From assembly GCA_003990765.1 (NCBI GenBank), contig RBNJ01000316.1, forward strand, positions 1 through 33,310: a DNA stretch of 33,310 nt, read 5' to 3'. Shown here piece by piece: positions 1 to 11,812 of this stretch (positions within the stretch are counted from its first letter, which is position 1; each line of letters starts with the position of its first letter). A program made the position numbers and the translations under genes. Origin of the DNA: Jimgerdemannia flammicorona. Its lineage: Eukaryota. The notes beneath the pieces are model-generated. The model searched no databases and was not told where the DNA came from. It saw only the letters and a list, made by a program, of their open reading frames with translations.

Positions 1-894
1 CACATCGCCAGAGATTAACACAGATAGGTAGCCCCGCGAAAAAAACTTGGTCAGCCCTCCCTCGCTCGAACAGGCGGCGGTCAAACAATCATATCGTGCG
101 TCATATGTCCCTGTCCCCTGGTACGGCGACACGTACGTGGTTGGTAAAATGGACAGAAATTGCAGAAATTGGCGGACATGTGGGTGACCATATAAGTAGT
201 GTGCTTACGAAACCAAATGACATTCACAAAAACTGGTTTCCACGCGCGGATCTCGCTGTCCGCTAGAGCCGTCCAGAGACTTCATTAAATTTCGGAAAAG
301 AACCTTCGAGTTGCCCAACGGCTATTTGCCAGAGAACTATACATCCACTCGTCGACGAGAACGATGGAGCGCGGAAATGCGGAAACGCGGGAACGCGGGA
401 TAACGGATAGATCGTGTATTACCCTTTTCAAACCCAGTCGATCGTTTCTACGTGGAATTACGCTTGAGGTTCTATCGCGCCAGGTATGGAAATCGGTCGG
501 CGTGGCCAACGCTGCCTGAGTCGAGAATAAAATGGGAAAAGGAAGGTTGCCGAAGAGCGAAAAGTGACTAGCGTTTTATGATATAATTGTGCAGGCTATT
601 GGTAGGCTCGTTTATTGGGACTGACGTCTGAGTATTTTTAGAGATGAGTCCGAGTCGATTTCTTTTTCACTTGGTTTCTGCTAGGTCGCTTATGATCATC
701 CTCCAAAAGAACATATATTTGCTTCACATGTAATTAACTAGTGCCCTGAGAATTTTACACGACAATGCCAGCGGCATTCGAATTTCGTGAACACACAGTG
801 GTTGCTTCTAAGGATGGCTCAGAAACAGTATCGGTCACTACCTGAGTTAACTGGATAGCTAAAGTCTAGCAAATTACTCATAGCGCATGGTTTT

Positions 895-1395
895 GCTATA
901 ATGATAATACGTATAAATTGATGCATATATTTTAGTTCTAAAATTATAACTAGATTTTTAAAATTAATATTACTAATAATATTGATAATAATATATGCAG
1001 TAAGAGAAGTAAAGTTATTATTTTGAATTTGAAATATATAAATATATCTATAAATTAACTCTGCAGTAATAATAAAGAGTATTGATAATATTTAATCTAA
1101 TTTATATATTTATATTTTTTTTTTTAAAATAATATTATATTAATTCTGATTTTATTTTAATAATTCCTGATAAAATATGTTTATTTAATAATTGAATATT
1201 ATCATTATTATTAATTAAAACCTATCTCTATAGCTATAGTTTTAATAATAATAATAATAATAATATCTATCTAATTCTAGAATATTTATCTTATTAATTA
1301 TAAAGCTAACAATCATTATAGAAATAAAATAAAATTATTTAATATCTGTAAGTGATAAATAAATAAATAAATAAAAGTAAAAAAGCTTAATTCAT
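895..1395. other. Extremely AT-rich, TpA-rich island; probable heavily mutated transposon relic
   Basis: Abrupt switch to very high AT with almost no CpG, the same texture as the eroded Copia relics at 10.9-11.8 kb and 26-28 kb. No recognisable domain; boundaries approximate. Confidence 0.4.
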
Positions 1396-1520
1396 AGTTG
1401 ACAAATGGTAACGAGTTCATTTCCAGTTTACTGCATGAATGTAAAATTCATTACACGAAGAACCAGCACACTTCATCTATTATTTACACACACCCTACGT
1501 AAAACGTCTGCCACCTCCGC

Positions 1521-2288
1521 TCACGCCCTCTCGGCCTCCCTCCTCTTCGCCTCCTCGATACTTTTTATCCTCTCCTCCTCCCACACGACCAGGTCAATCA
1601 GGTTGAACCGCCTCCGGCGCGGCTGATCAGGAGAGAAGGGCAGCGTGTCCTCGCGGTCCAAGACAACCCCGATGAAGCGTCGCTTGGGCTGCGCGGGGTC
1701 TCTGTAGAACTGGACGTAACCAGGCTCGAGGGCGTAAATGGTATGGTCCTTGCCGATGCCGACCTGAGTGGTCGTGGCAGAAGAGTTGGATGATTTGATG
1801 AGAAATTCGGCCCAGGATTGGATCGAGAACCGAACCATCAAATAGACCAAGAGGATAGGTATAAAAAGCGATGAAGCATACGTTCTCGCCGGGATGGAAC
1901 TTGGTGCCGCGTTGCCTGACGATGATGTTGCCCGGCACGACCTCCTGACCACCAAACTGCTTCACGCCAAGTCTCCTACCCGCAGAGTCTCTGCCGTTGC
2001 GCGTGGAGCCGCCGGAACGCTTCGTAGCCCATCTGACTTGCATCACGGCTGAAAGTAAAAGCAAAAATATTTAAATTCAGTTTTACGAACCACAGTTATC
2101 GTGTGGGGGTGGTGGCAGAAGATGGGTATCTGAGCAGTAAGCCAACAAGCCAACGACGTACCTGGGTGTGAGGACAGAAAAGGTAAGAGAGACGGATGGC
2201 ATATGGAGGAGATTATAGTGGAAGGTGTGGATATGATTTGGTATGGACGAAGGGCGTTGAGGTTGAGGGAGGTGGAGAGTAGCGACAT
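1521..2288 (-). CDS. MRP7: Mitochondrial large-subunit ribosomal protein bL27m (yeast Mrp7, human MRPL27, bacterial RpmA family), ~178 aa, 3 exons
   Basis: Exons 2288-2162, 2048-1882 and 1763-1521 with GT..AG introns splice in frame. Product: Ser/Leu-rich presequence, then [25 protein letters not shown]...[34 protein letters not shown] (L27 signature). Confidence 0.95.
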
Positions 2289-2533
2289 GGTGAAGTGGTT
2301 GTTTGTTTATAAAATTTGATGACGCGGGTATTGTATTGTTAAGGTCTCGTGACCAGGGTCAGCCTTCGACACTTCGACAAACCGCAACAGAACCCTGACA
2401 TAGACTCCCGTAATACCCTGAACCCTTTCCGTGCCTCAAAGCACCGAGCTCAGAACACCTTGACCCTGTACTGTCCTTTTTGGTCCATTTATTTTGAAGA
2501 AAGAGTAGCAGGCCCCATCGAACACTCGTCATC
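2289..2533. promoter_or_regulatory. Short (245 bp) divergent intergenic region; probable bidirectional promoter
   Basis: Start codons of bL27m (2288, -) and AP-2 mu (2534, +) point away from each other. Confidence 0.6.
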
Positions 2534-3072
2534 ATGATCAGCGCTTTCTTCATTTACAATCAAAAGGGCGAGGTCCTGATCTCCCGTCTCTACCGCCACG
2601 ACCTAAAGTATGTTTACCGCGTCACCTTTGCCATTATAATCTTACCTAGCCGGCCATTGCGCCCAACCGTTCTCCGTTACCCTCGTTTCCTCTCTGATCC
2701 ACGACCACGAACCTCGACTCATGCCCCACAACTACCCTATCCCCTCAATACCTTCCACAAAGACGCTCGGTAGCCGACATATTCCGCATCCAAGTCATCT
2801 CCAACACAGACGTTCGCTCGCCCATCATCACTCTCGGCTCCACCTCCTTCTTCCACGTCCGCCACGAGAACCTGTACATCGTCGCCGTCACGAAGTGGAA
2901 CGCCAACGCTGCGCTCATCTTCGAGTTCTGCTATCGCGTCGTCAACATTGGCAAGGGTTACTTCAACAAGTTCGATGAAGAGGCCGTGAAGAACAATTTC
3001 GTGCTAATTTACGAGTTGTTGGATGGTGCGTCTCATGTCGGTTTGATTTGTGCATGTCAACCCTTAATGACG

Positions 3073-3104
<32 letters not shown>

Positions 3105-5011
3105 GCATGCATTGTGTTTGAAATTCATTCAGTCCCTTGCGGATCATAGCAAAATCCAACATATCATTTCGTTCCGATCTTCTGTCGTCTCTCCCTAAAA
3201 AAACAAACACCAGAAATCCTCGATTTCGGCTACCCTCAGAATAGCGAGACCGACACGCTCAAATTGTACATCACGACGGAGGGCGTCAAATCCGAGCGTG
3301 CAATGGAGGACTCGTCTAAGATCACAATTCAGGCCACGGGAGCCACGAGCTGGCGCCGGAGCGATATCAAGTACCGCAAGAACGAGGCGTTTATTGACGT
3401 GATTGAAAGCGTGAATCTGCTGATGAGCAATACAGGTATGTTTTTTATATATTCAAATCGGAGAGGTTTGTAAATTATGGCTTGCCGAGAATGGCCAATG
3501 GGTATGACGTATAAAACCGAAAAAACCAGCTGGCGTCTTTAGCAAAAGAAGTCACTGCCATCCATTTTGGACGACTCCTCTCATATCCGTCATGGTCTTA
3601 CCCTTGAACCTTAGGCTTGTGGAAGGAGTGCTGGGTATGAAGTTATCTCACGCAAACCCGTTTTCACAAATTTCTCAGGAACCGTCCTTCGCGCCGACGT
3701 AGCAGGTCAGATCATGATGCGGGCTTACCTCTCCGGCACGCCCGAATGCAAGTTCGGGCTGAACGACAAACTGTTGCTGGAGAAGGACGCTTTGCATAGA
3801 GGAAGGTGAGGATCTTGCATAGAATCTCAGAGGGAACTGGTCGGTCGGAATGAGCCGGGGCATTCAAGGCTTATTGGGGTAGTCGGATGTCGATCTGTGA
3901 AAAATTACGATGGCCGAATTTCTTGACAAATACCACAGGGAAATTGCGATATGGCTCGCACATGCACTTGCTAATACTTCATGTGCTCACGCACCCGCAG
4001 CCAAAACCGCCGCCCCAACGCCGTCGAGATCGACGATTGCCAGTTCCACCAGTGCGTCAAGCTCGGCAAGTTTGACAGCGATCGTACAATCAGTTTTATC
4101 CCGCCCGATGGCGAATTCGAGTTGATGAGGTGGGGGTTTGTGGTTTTGGTGGATGTGAGGTGGCATGGGATGAGACGCATATATTTTCGTGGGAAGTTAT
4201 TCGAGCAACACGGAACGTGGAGAAGGATAAAGATTTCATTCGGTTATCTTACAACGTTCAGGTACCGCACCACCGAGAATGTCAACCTCCCCTTCAGGGT
4301 ACATCCGGTAGTGAACGAAATTGGCAAGTCGCGCGTCGAGTATAAAATCAACGTGAAGGCCAACTTTTCGCCCAAGCTGTACGCCAACAACGTGATTATC
4401 AAGATCCCGACTCCGCTGAACGCCGCACGCGTCGAAGTCAAGGTTAACTCGTCCGGCAAGGCCAAGTACGTGCCAGCGGAGAACGCAATCGTGTGGAAGT
4501 GAGTGTGAAGAGTTTTTTTTCTGTGATTCATGTATGTTCGGCTAAGATCAGACTTTCGAGAGTTCATTGGTGTGCTAAACAGCATAACCTGTCACCCCCT
4601 GCGATACATCTAGGATCACGCGATTCCAGGGCCAGTCCGAGTTCACACTAAGTGGCGAGGCCGTGCTGACAGCCATGACCAATAAAAAGGCTTGGTCAAG
4701 GCCGCCCATCTCCATGGATTTCCAAGTACGTTGTTGGGATTGACTGCAATGCCATCACGTGACCAATCTGTTGACGCACTCCGTTGTCCTTCTAGGTTCT
4801 CATGTTCACCTCCTCGGGCCTGCTCGTGCGATTCCTGAAGGTGTTTGAGAAGAGCGGGTACCAGTCAGTGAAGTGGGTGCGATACATGACGAAGGCTGGG
4901 TCGTACCAGATAAGGGTGAGTTTGAGAACGTTCATGAGTGCGAGTCACTTGTTTATATGAAACTGATGATGCTTTCTTTCCATTCTATTGCAACCGATGA
5001 TACAGTTCTAA
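2534..5011 (+). CDS. AP2M1: AP-2 clathrin adaptor complex subunit mu, 9 exons
   Basis: Exons 2534-2607, 2763-3025, 3214-3435, 3679-3805, 4001-4129, 4262-4498, 4614-4725, 4796-4915, 5006-5011, all GT..AG. Motifs: [103 protein letters not shown]. Confidence 0.97.
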
Positions 5012-5926
5012 AATACCCTCGTCATTATGTATTGAAAAATGAATATATTGGGAATTCCTGCGATATACATTGATTGGGCCGGAGAGATATAGACACGGAT
5101 ATCCAGGCCATCTGGCCACAAACACGGGCCTAATGCCCTTATATTTCCTTTCAAGCGTTTATCTCTTTCTTTTGTTCGCGCGGAGGATAGAAAATACGTT
5201 TCTTTCAATTCCCCTTTTTCTCAGATTTTGTTCGTCGACGAACACAACACACTTAGAATTTCCTCCTTTCCTTTAACGCGTGTCCTTCTCCTTAAACTTG
5301 TTTTATTGCTTCAATCCCACAAAAAAAAAAAAAAAAACTCATGTTGATGTGTAATGATTCTCGTACGGATTCTTTGTCTAAATTGTCTCTTGGTTGATGA
5401 AAACGCACTAGGAAAGCCCCGTTGTCGCAAATTTGAAAGAATACGCGTTTCAACATGAGGCTCTGTTTAAACGTACGGATGCCATTCTTGAGATTGCAAA
5501 GTGAAACATGCTCTCTAGACGAAGATTTTCAAGCTATTAACTTTGGCCCGAGTTTGTTCATACTGGGGATAGAATTCTGGGCATTTCGAGACGCGATTTT
5601 TATGACTGCATTGGCTAAACTCGTCATTGCCATCAGTTCCCATAAATCACGCCTTCGGGCAAAGGTGACACCGAAAGGCAAAGTCATGTCGATTCTAACG
5701 GCCATGTTTGAAAGAAAGTTAACACCATCAATAATATGGTGCCCAACCCTCGCTTTGTGAGCTTCTTGCGGCTACATATAACAAAGCCGTCTCATGTCAG
5801 TCACATCACCAGGTGGCAGTCACCATTGTCCAATTGAATCTTAGAACTGTGGTATATATCTCTGCTTCCCACGCCCTCCTTTTTTTCCTCCATCACTTCC
5901 GACATCCCAATCCAACAAATCCCATA

Positions 5927-6831
5927 ATGTCCGTTACCAGGATTTCCGAGAGCACCGTCGTCCCCGCCCCCCTGGCCGACGTCTGGGCCAAGGTCCGCAA
6001 CACTGACTTCTCGTGGTGGGGTCTCGTCAAGAACGTTGAACTAAAGGACGCCAAGAGCGCCTCCGAAGGTATGTGTATTATTTTGAAAGAGTCTGCTCAT
6101 TTAGAAGCGATTTCCGGGCATCTGGTTGTAAGCTTTTTGCGCAACATGGTTTCTATGCTCCTGCGAGCCGAGACGGGTTCGTCATGAAACCTTCAAAGGC
6201 GACCATAGCTTTTTGATCTCGAACCATTTTTCTAACCTCATTTATATTGCTTGTGTAGTTGGCGGCGAGCGTAGGATTACCTTCAAGGATGGTACCGTTC
6301 AAGTGGCTCGCATCGTTGAATTGTCTGGTACGAATATTCGATATCATGCGAGTACGTCCGTGATGCTTCGAATTTTTACTCATACCACTCATACCATGAT
6401 ACAACTTCACTGCAGACCTCGAACACTTTGTCACCTACGAGTTCGTCGAATCCGATCCGCCCGTCGGCTACCTGTCTGCCATCCACACTTTAAGGCTTCA
6501 TCATGTGACTTCGGTAAGACTTTCTCTGACTATCTTTCGCACGCGTTAATTCTTACGGAACGCACAATGTCAACTCACTCACCACATCTGGCCCTTCTCT
6601 TGCATTTTACAGGACAACACCACGTTCGTCGAGTGGTCCACCGAATTCTCCTCCGACGCCGGCCAAGGTATCACCATTTTCCTGTGTTCAAACTTACCAC
6701 TATCGCCATGTCAACTGTCGAGTATGTTCTCTAAACTGACTTTACATCCCAAACCTGCAGCCATCATCCAGGACAGCAGCTTCAAGCGCAAGGATGGTCT
6801 CCAGGACCTTGTCCGCGCTGTCCACAAGTAG
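5927..6831 (+). CDS. Bet v1-like / SRPBCC (polyketide cyclase-like) ligand-binding protein, 144 aa, 5 exons
   Basis: Exons 5927-6068, 6259-6327, 6416-6513, 6613-6667, 6761-6831 give MSVTRISESTVVPAPLADVWAKVR...VGGERRITFKDG...YLSAIHTLRLHHVTSDNTTFVEWSTEFSSDA...RKDGLQDLVRAVHK*. The APxxxVW motif, VGxxR motif and C-terminal helix are typical of SRPBCC folds. Confidence 0.85.
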
Positions 6832-7327
6832 ATGATGCGCCCAGTGAAGGAAATTGGCTGTGGGACTAAGAGTAGAAAAGAAGGAAGAAAATAGGATACC
6901 TGTTGTTGGTCATGTTAACGAGGTGGTTTTTGCGGTACATTATTCGTTGGTCAGGTGAGGGGATATGTGAATGTGGTGTTTACACAAAAGGTTGCCCTAT
7001 GATGTCTAATGATTGCTCGGCTATTACGTACAAAAATAAATAAAAAATTGCGAAAATGGCAATTCAGTATCGCACATATGAAAACTGATTTGCTTTTTAT
7101 TTCGTTGAGATTGGACAACCATGGCTTCCGAAAACGGACAATATTTGAATGCACCATCTCTTAGAACGAAAGCGGTCTTTCTCCGGAAATGTTTGCCAAT
7201 CAATACAGTTTTATGGTATAAATAAATCATAAATGTACGAATCACCGCCATATAAATACAAAAGGATAAAAACACCCTTCCAATTACAAACACCAACGAA
7301 CCCACACCCTTTCCCGCCCATCTTGCC

Positions 7328-7636
7328 CTAATACATGAAATACTCGACGATTAGGCCGCCAACCACGCTGATTGTCACGACGCCGCACATGAACAGAAAC
7401 AGCCCAGCATCGACGGCGACGCGGCCGACGCGCTTGAGCGACCATCCCGTCGATGTTATGGATACGGGGCGGGGGACCGCGCAGGCACCGTTCGTGCACT
7501 GACCCTGGTGGCAGGTGATGAAGAAGTAAATATTTCTGCTTCACAGACAAGCATCCTCGTCCTCCCCGCCTGTACTCACATCAGGACAGCCTCCGTTGGG
7601 ATAATGTGGGCAGGAGATCCCGCTTGGTTTGTTCAT
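7328..7636 (-). CDS. Predicted 77-aa Cys-rich small protein with a C-terminal transmembrane helix, 2 exons
   Basis: Exon 7636-7580, 75-nt intron GTGAGT..CACCAG (7579-7505), exon 7504-7328 ending in TAG. Product: MNKPSGISCPHYPNGGCPDGQCTNGACAVPRPVSITSTGWSLKRVGRVAVDAGLFLFMCGVVTISVVGGLIVEYFMY*. Confidence 0.6.
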
Positions 7637-9202
7637 ATTCACAGTGTTGTTTGTGGTAGTGGTTGTGAGAATGGTGGTGTTGGGCAGGCCAAAGGTCGAC
7701 TGCAACGACGGGTCTTGCGAGGCGACGAGAGGTGTCAGCTTGTGAAGTTGTGAAGAAGGGTTAGCCAGGGTAAGGGATGCTTTGCTATTTGGGTGGTCGT
7801 GACGCTTTTCCTGTGCGTGGGACGGAAGACACAAACGGCCGGGGACCTTTGCGGACTCGCAGGGGTCGGTGTTATCTGTGCCAAAAAGACAGGATGATGG
7901 AACTGACCGACCAACCGAACCGCGAGAATGAGAGTGAGACCGTGCACGCGGCTCCCGACGGTGTCGGATGCACAATTGGATTTGCGGCCTTTCTGTCGCA
8001 TGAGCATCTAACCCCCCCCCTCAAGGCTGGTCACATCGAAGCCACAGGGTCACACATCGCATATTTCCTTATAAGGCAACAGCTAGGCGCCTGTGGAAAT
8101 TCGAGAATTTGGGTGTTTCCGCATCATGATCCTGGCAAATAGAAATACGTGGGGCCTGTACTTTCACGGCTTGAAAAATAGGCAACCACAAATACCTTTA
8201 TAAAGGAATTATTGTGCAAGACAGGCCATCGAAATAAATCACGATTTTCAGGTATGCGATATGCATCGGCTATTGCTAATGTTGATCTTTGGGTTTCTGT
8301 ATTCTGACAGCATCTACTGTTGGCTTTTTCCAAAGGCAAGGAGCGAAGTACTCCGACTGCAAGCGATTCGTCTTTAACATAGATATGGTTTATATATCTA
8401 ATACTCCATCTACTTTCATATTATCATAAAATTATGAACGCCGCTTATAAAAGATACAGGAAGGGGTAAGTAATTCAACTTTTTCAGGTGAGAAGCAGAA
8501 ACCCGTGGTATCGCCACTGGTACTTTTACCCTCGGGAATGGTTTATGGTGGTACGCGAAACGCCAAACGTGAACCGGAATTGCGCCCCGGAAATGCATGC
8601 CAAAGAAAATAGACTGCTCTGTGCATTTTCTCCGGTTCTGCCAAGTATTATGGCGTTTGTGTAGGTTCGGGGTTCCCACAAACGTTCGGATGTGGAGGCT
8701 TGCAATTAATTTCTGCATTGAAGGGGTGAGAGAAGGGCTTGCGCCACTGGACGCGTGGCCGCGACAGGGTTTTGTGGTCACTGCTTTGTTCGTATTATAC
8801 TTTCAAGTTAATGCGTGCTATTTTGAGGTACCAACTTTAAGTGTCCCATCTCGGACGTGTCAACTAATTGTCGAAAATCGCTATCGTTTTTCGAGATGAT
8901 TGGAACGAAGACAGTAGATATCGTGGAGGCTCCCGGGTTTCCTGCTACATAGAAGAAGGCCATGTTTGGACAAGTGACAGACTAGGAGAAACAATTGGCT
9001 TCACTCTACATGTAGGCCGAAAGGAAAAATAATATCTCGCGCCAGACCACCAGCCAGATTAAAGCCACAAGGCGATCAATGATCTTATCCTCCGATCTCC
9101 CTTTATCACAACGGAGCGTCAAAACAAACAACCCTACAAAGTTTTCCAGTCCAAGATACATACCTCCCCCGCATCCTTCTCAGAACACCACGCCTCGAAC
9201 CC

Positions 9203-9993
9203 ATGACGTTCTCATCAAACATACCAATTCCCCTGCGAGCGCCACGTAAGTCCCACCCCACGCACCGTTTGCGTTTGACAGGTCGGCATACGATTCCCGA
9301 TTTCGGGCTCACATCCACACCCACCCTTGCACCCTTCCCTCGCATCACACCACATCACACCACCCCACAGCACCGCGCCAGCACCCACCCTACAATACAC
9401 TTCATCGGCTCGAGCAGTACCACAGTGACCTGGAAAAGAAGCATGCACGGCTGCGGCGGGAATTCGCCGAACTGATCCACCGGCGCGCGGAGCTCGAGCA
9501 CACCATGACGTCCGAACACGGAGCGGGACAGGCAGAGGACACAATTGCGCAGGACATGCTGCAACTCCTGCGGCGCAAGGCCGAATCCGTGCGCGCCAAC
9601 GCCGATATCGTTGGGAGGCTGGCGAAATTGATCAAGGAGAGGGTGGATTCGGTCAGGGAGGTGCAGAGGCTGGACTCGGAGAAGGAGCGGATGGATAGGC
9701 GGATGGAGTATCTGAGGCGGTATAGCGAGTGGCAGGATTGGTATGTCGAGGAAAAGAGGAAGGTGCTGGCGGTGAGTGTGAGATTGTTTTATTTTTTGAG
9801 AAAGGCTGGGGAGGGGGAGGGGGGGACAGTAAACCAGGTTTGGTATTCGTTTTCCAAATGTCCATCTCAACCAGCCCCATTATCTGTGTCGCGGCGACAG
9901 AACCCGCTATACAAGATCATCTACCTGATGAAGAAGCGAAAGCATCCCAAGCCGGTGTTTTCAGCGGAGCCGAGTCATCTGTCGGAGACATGA
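9203..9993 (+). CDS. Hypothetical coiled-coil protein, ~178 aa, 3 exons
   Basis: Exons 9203-9245 (donor GTAAGT), 9371-9771 (donor GTGAGT) and 9901-9993 join in frame. Charged heptad-like segments such as LEQYHSDLEKKHARLRREFAELIHRRAELE and VREVQRLDSEKERMDRRMEYL. The start codon and last acceptor are less certain. Confidence 0.65.
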
Positions 9994-10102
9994 AGGATCG
10001 ACAAATAGAACAATAGACTTCAATTACCTTCCAATCTTTCCTCCTTTTTTTTTCCCCTCACGAAGCCCCATCGGCTGTTTTGTACTATAGTTCTTTGCCA
10101 TT

Positions 10103-10104
<2 letters not shown>

Positions 10105-10182
<78 letters not shown>
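10105..10182. repeat. Poly(T) tract
   Basis: About 78 nt of nearly pure T. Confidence 0.9.
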
Positions 10183-10183
<1 letters not shown>

Positions 10184-10705
10184 GTTGGTTTGGTTTGTTT
10201 TTTGGTTTGTTTTTTGTTTTTCATTTTGCTTCATCCATAGCCATTTCCCCGCACATTCGTCTGTCGCTTAATTTGCTTTGCCCTCCTTTTCGAACCGTTC
10301 CTCTCATGTCAAAAAAAGCTCATATCCTTTTGCTGATGTTTTTCTGTAATAAAAGTGCGCAACCCGATGAATCGGTACGAAAAGTTTGATTGAGCTCGAA
10401 AAACAGCTTTAGTGAACGAGGCCAAACAATTGACCATGTTGCCCGTTGTGAATCTAAACTAGCTGAATACCAGTCAACGCAATATTTCAACGCGACATTT
10501 TTTATTTTATTTTCAAATGGTGCTTTTTATTCTCTTGTGGATCGACAGATGCAACTTGAAGGATGATCCCAACAGCACACGCTCGTAACAAGAAACCGAT
10601 GTAAACGTAAAACAAAATAGGACGGGGAAATGCAGCAAAAGCAAATGATGTAGCGCAACCTGTATATGAAATAAGATAAACCAGGATAAAAATGAAATGA
10701 AATAC

Positions 10706-10777
10706 AAAAAAAAAAAAAAAAAAAAACAAAATAAAAAAAAAAAAAAAAAAGAAAGGGAAAAAGAAAAAAAAAAAAAG

Positions 10778-10820
<43 letters not shown>
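10706..10820. repeat. Poly(A)-rich tract at the gene/transposon boundary
   Basis: About 115 nt of nearly pure A immediately before the Copia relic. Confidence 0.9.
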
Positions 10821-10822
<2 letters not shown>

Positions 10823-10839
10823 GAAGTCAGTATTAGCAA

Positions 10840-11812
10840 CATGAGAGTAATAGAAAGAAATATAATAGTAAAGAGTAATATAATATAAATACTACTAAAA
10901 CTGACAATAATCAAGATGGAGGCATATTATATATATAAGTAATACATACTGAGTATCTGAAAAGACATTTATATCTATACCTAAGTTATATATTTTTGAG
11001 TCAGCAAAAAATAATAATGTCAATATAAGCAAAGTATATACTAATATAACTAATAATAATAATATACAATCTATAGATTGAGATACTATACAATATATAA
11101 CAGTCTACTGAAAATAGTTCTCTATATATGAGTTCTTTAAGTATTTAATACTAATTAAGTTAGATAATAATAATATTAATATATATTTCTATAAGAGTGT
11201 TATAAAGTCTGCTGGTACTTTTTAGGATATACTATATACTCTAAAGATAGAAAAGAATCTCCTCTCAATTAGCAAAATAATAGTATATAGTGATAAAGAA
11301 ATATATATATACTCAATGGGAGTAATAATATATAGCTTAAAGAATAATAAGGAGATTATAATAGTATTGAAATGAGGTAATCTTTATATGATCAATAGTA
11401 TGTCAAATAGTATAAAAGTCTCTATATATATAATAACTATACCTGATGTATCTAATATATAGTATTAATACTTAGAACATATAAGTAATATGAGTCTAGA
11501 AAAAATGATTAAAAACAGATCTATAGGAGAATTATTAGTAATATATCTTAAGAGTTTCCATATTATATATAGTAAATAAAGTATTCTGATAACTATTTCA
11601 GAAATAGATAAAACACATATCTGATATATTTGATTTAATCTATATAGATATACAGTCTAATGTATACTATTTTCTATAGTAGGAAGAGATATTTCAAAAT
11701 TAAATATATAAAGTATATATATATATATATCTTAATAGTAAAAAGTGAGACCCTAGATAAATTCGAAGAGTTCAAAGTAATTATAGAGAATAAAACAAAA
11801 TATAAAATATAT
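10840..11812 (+). mobile_element. Degenerate Ty1/Copia relic A, left part (gag C-terminus, protease, pre-integrase, integrase N-terminus)
   Basis: Colinear with the young Copia at ~16.4-17.5 kb. Example: KSETLDKFEEFKVIIENKTKYKI versus KSEALEKFGEYKAIIENETGRKI. Ends abruptly at the Gypsy TG. Confidence 0.85.

Noticed and set aside
1521..4585. Separate ORFs overlapping bL27m and AP-2 mu
   Set aside because: Exon fragments with intron read-through, or antisense shadows of the two spliced genes.
8153..8227. Short inverted repeats GGCCTGT..ACAGGCC around the CCTTTATAAAGG palindrome as a MITE
   Set aside because: Too short and asymmetric, with no TSD and no second copy in the window.
7735..8899. 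Several overlapping 70-120 aa ORFs (also 285-509 and 5455-5760)
   Set aside because: No motifs, no coding-like codon bias and no consistent splice structure; treated as intergenic.
10080..10914. Poly-Phe and poly-Lys ORFs in the ORF track
   Set aside because: Translations of homopolymer tracts.
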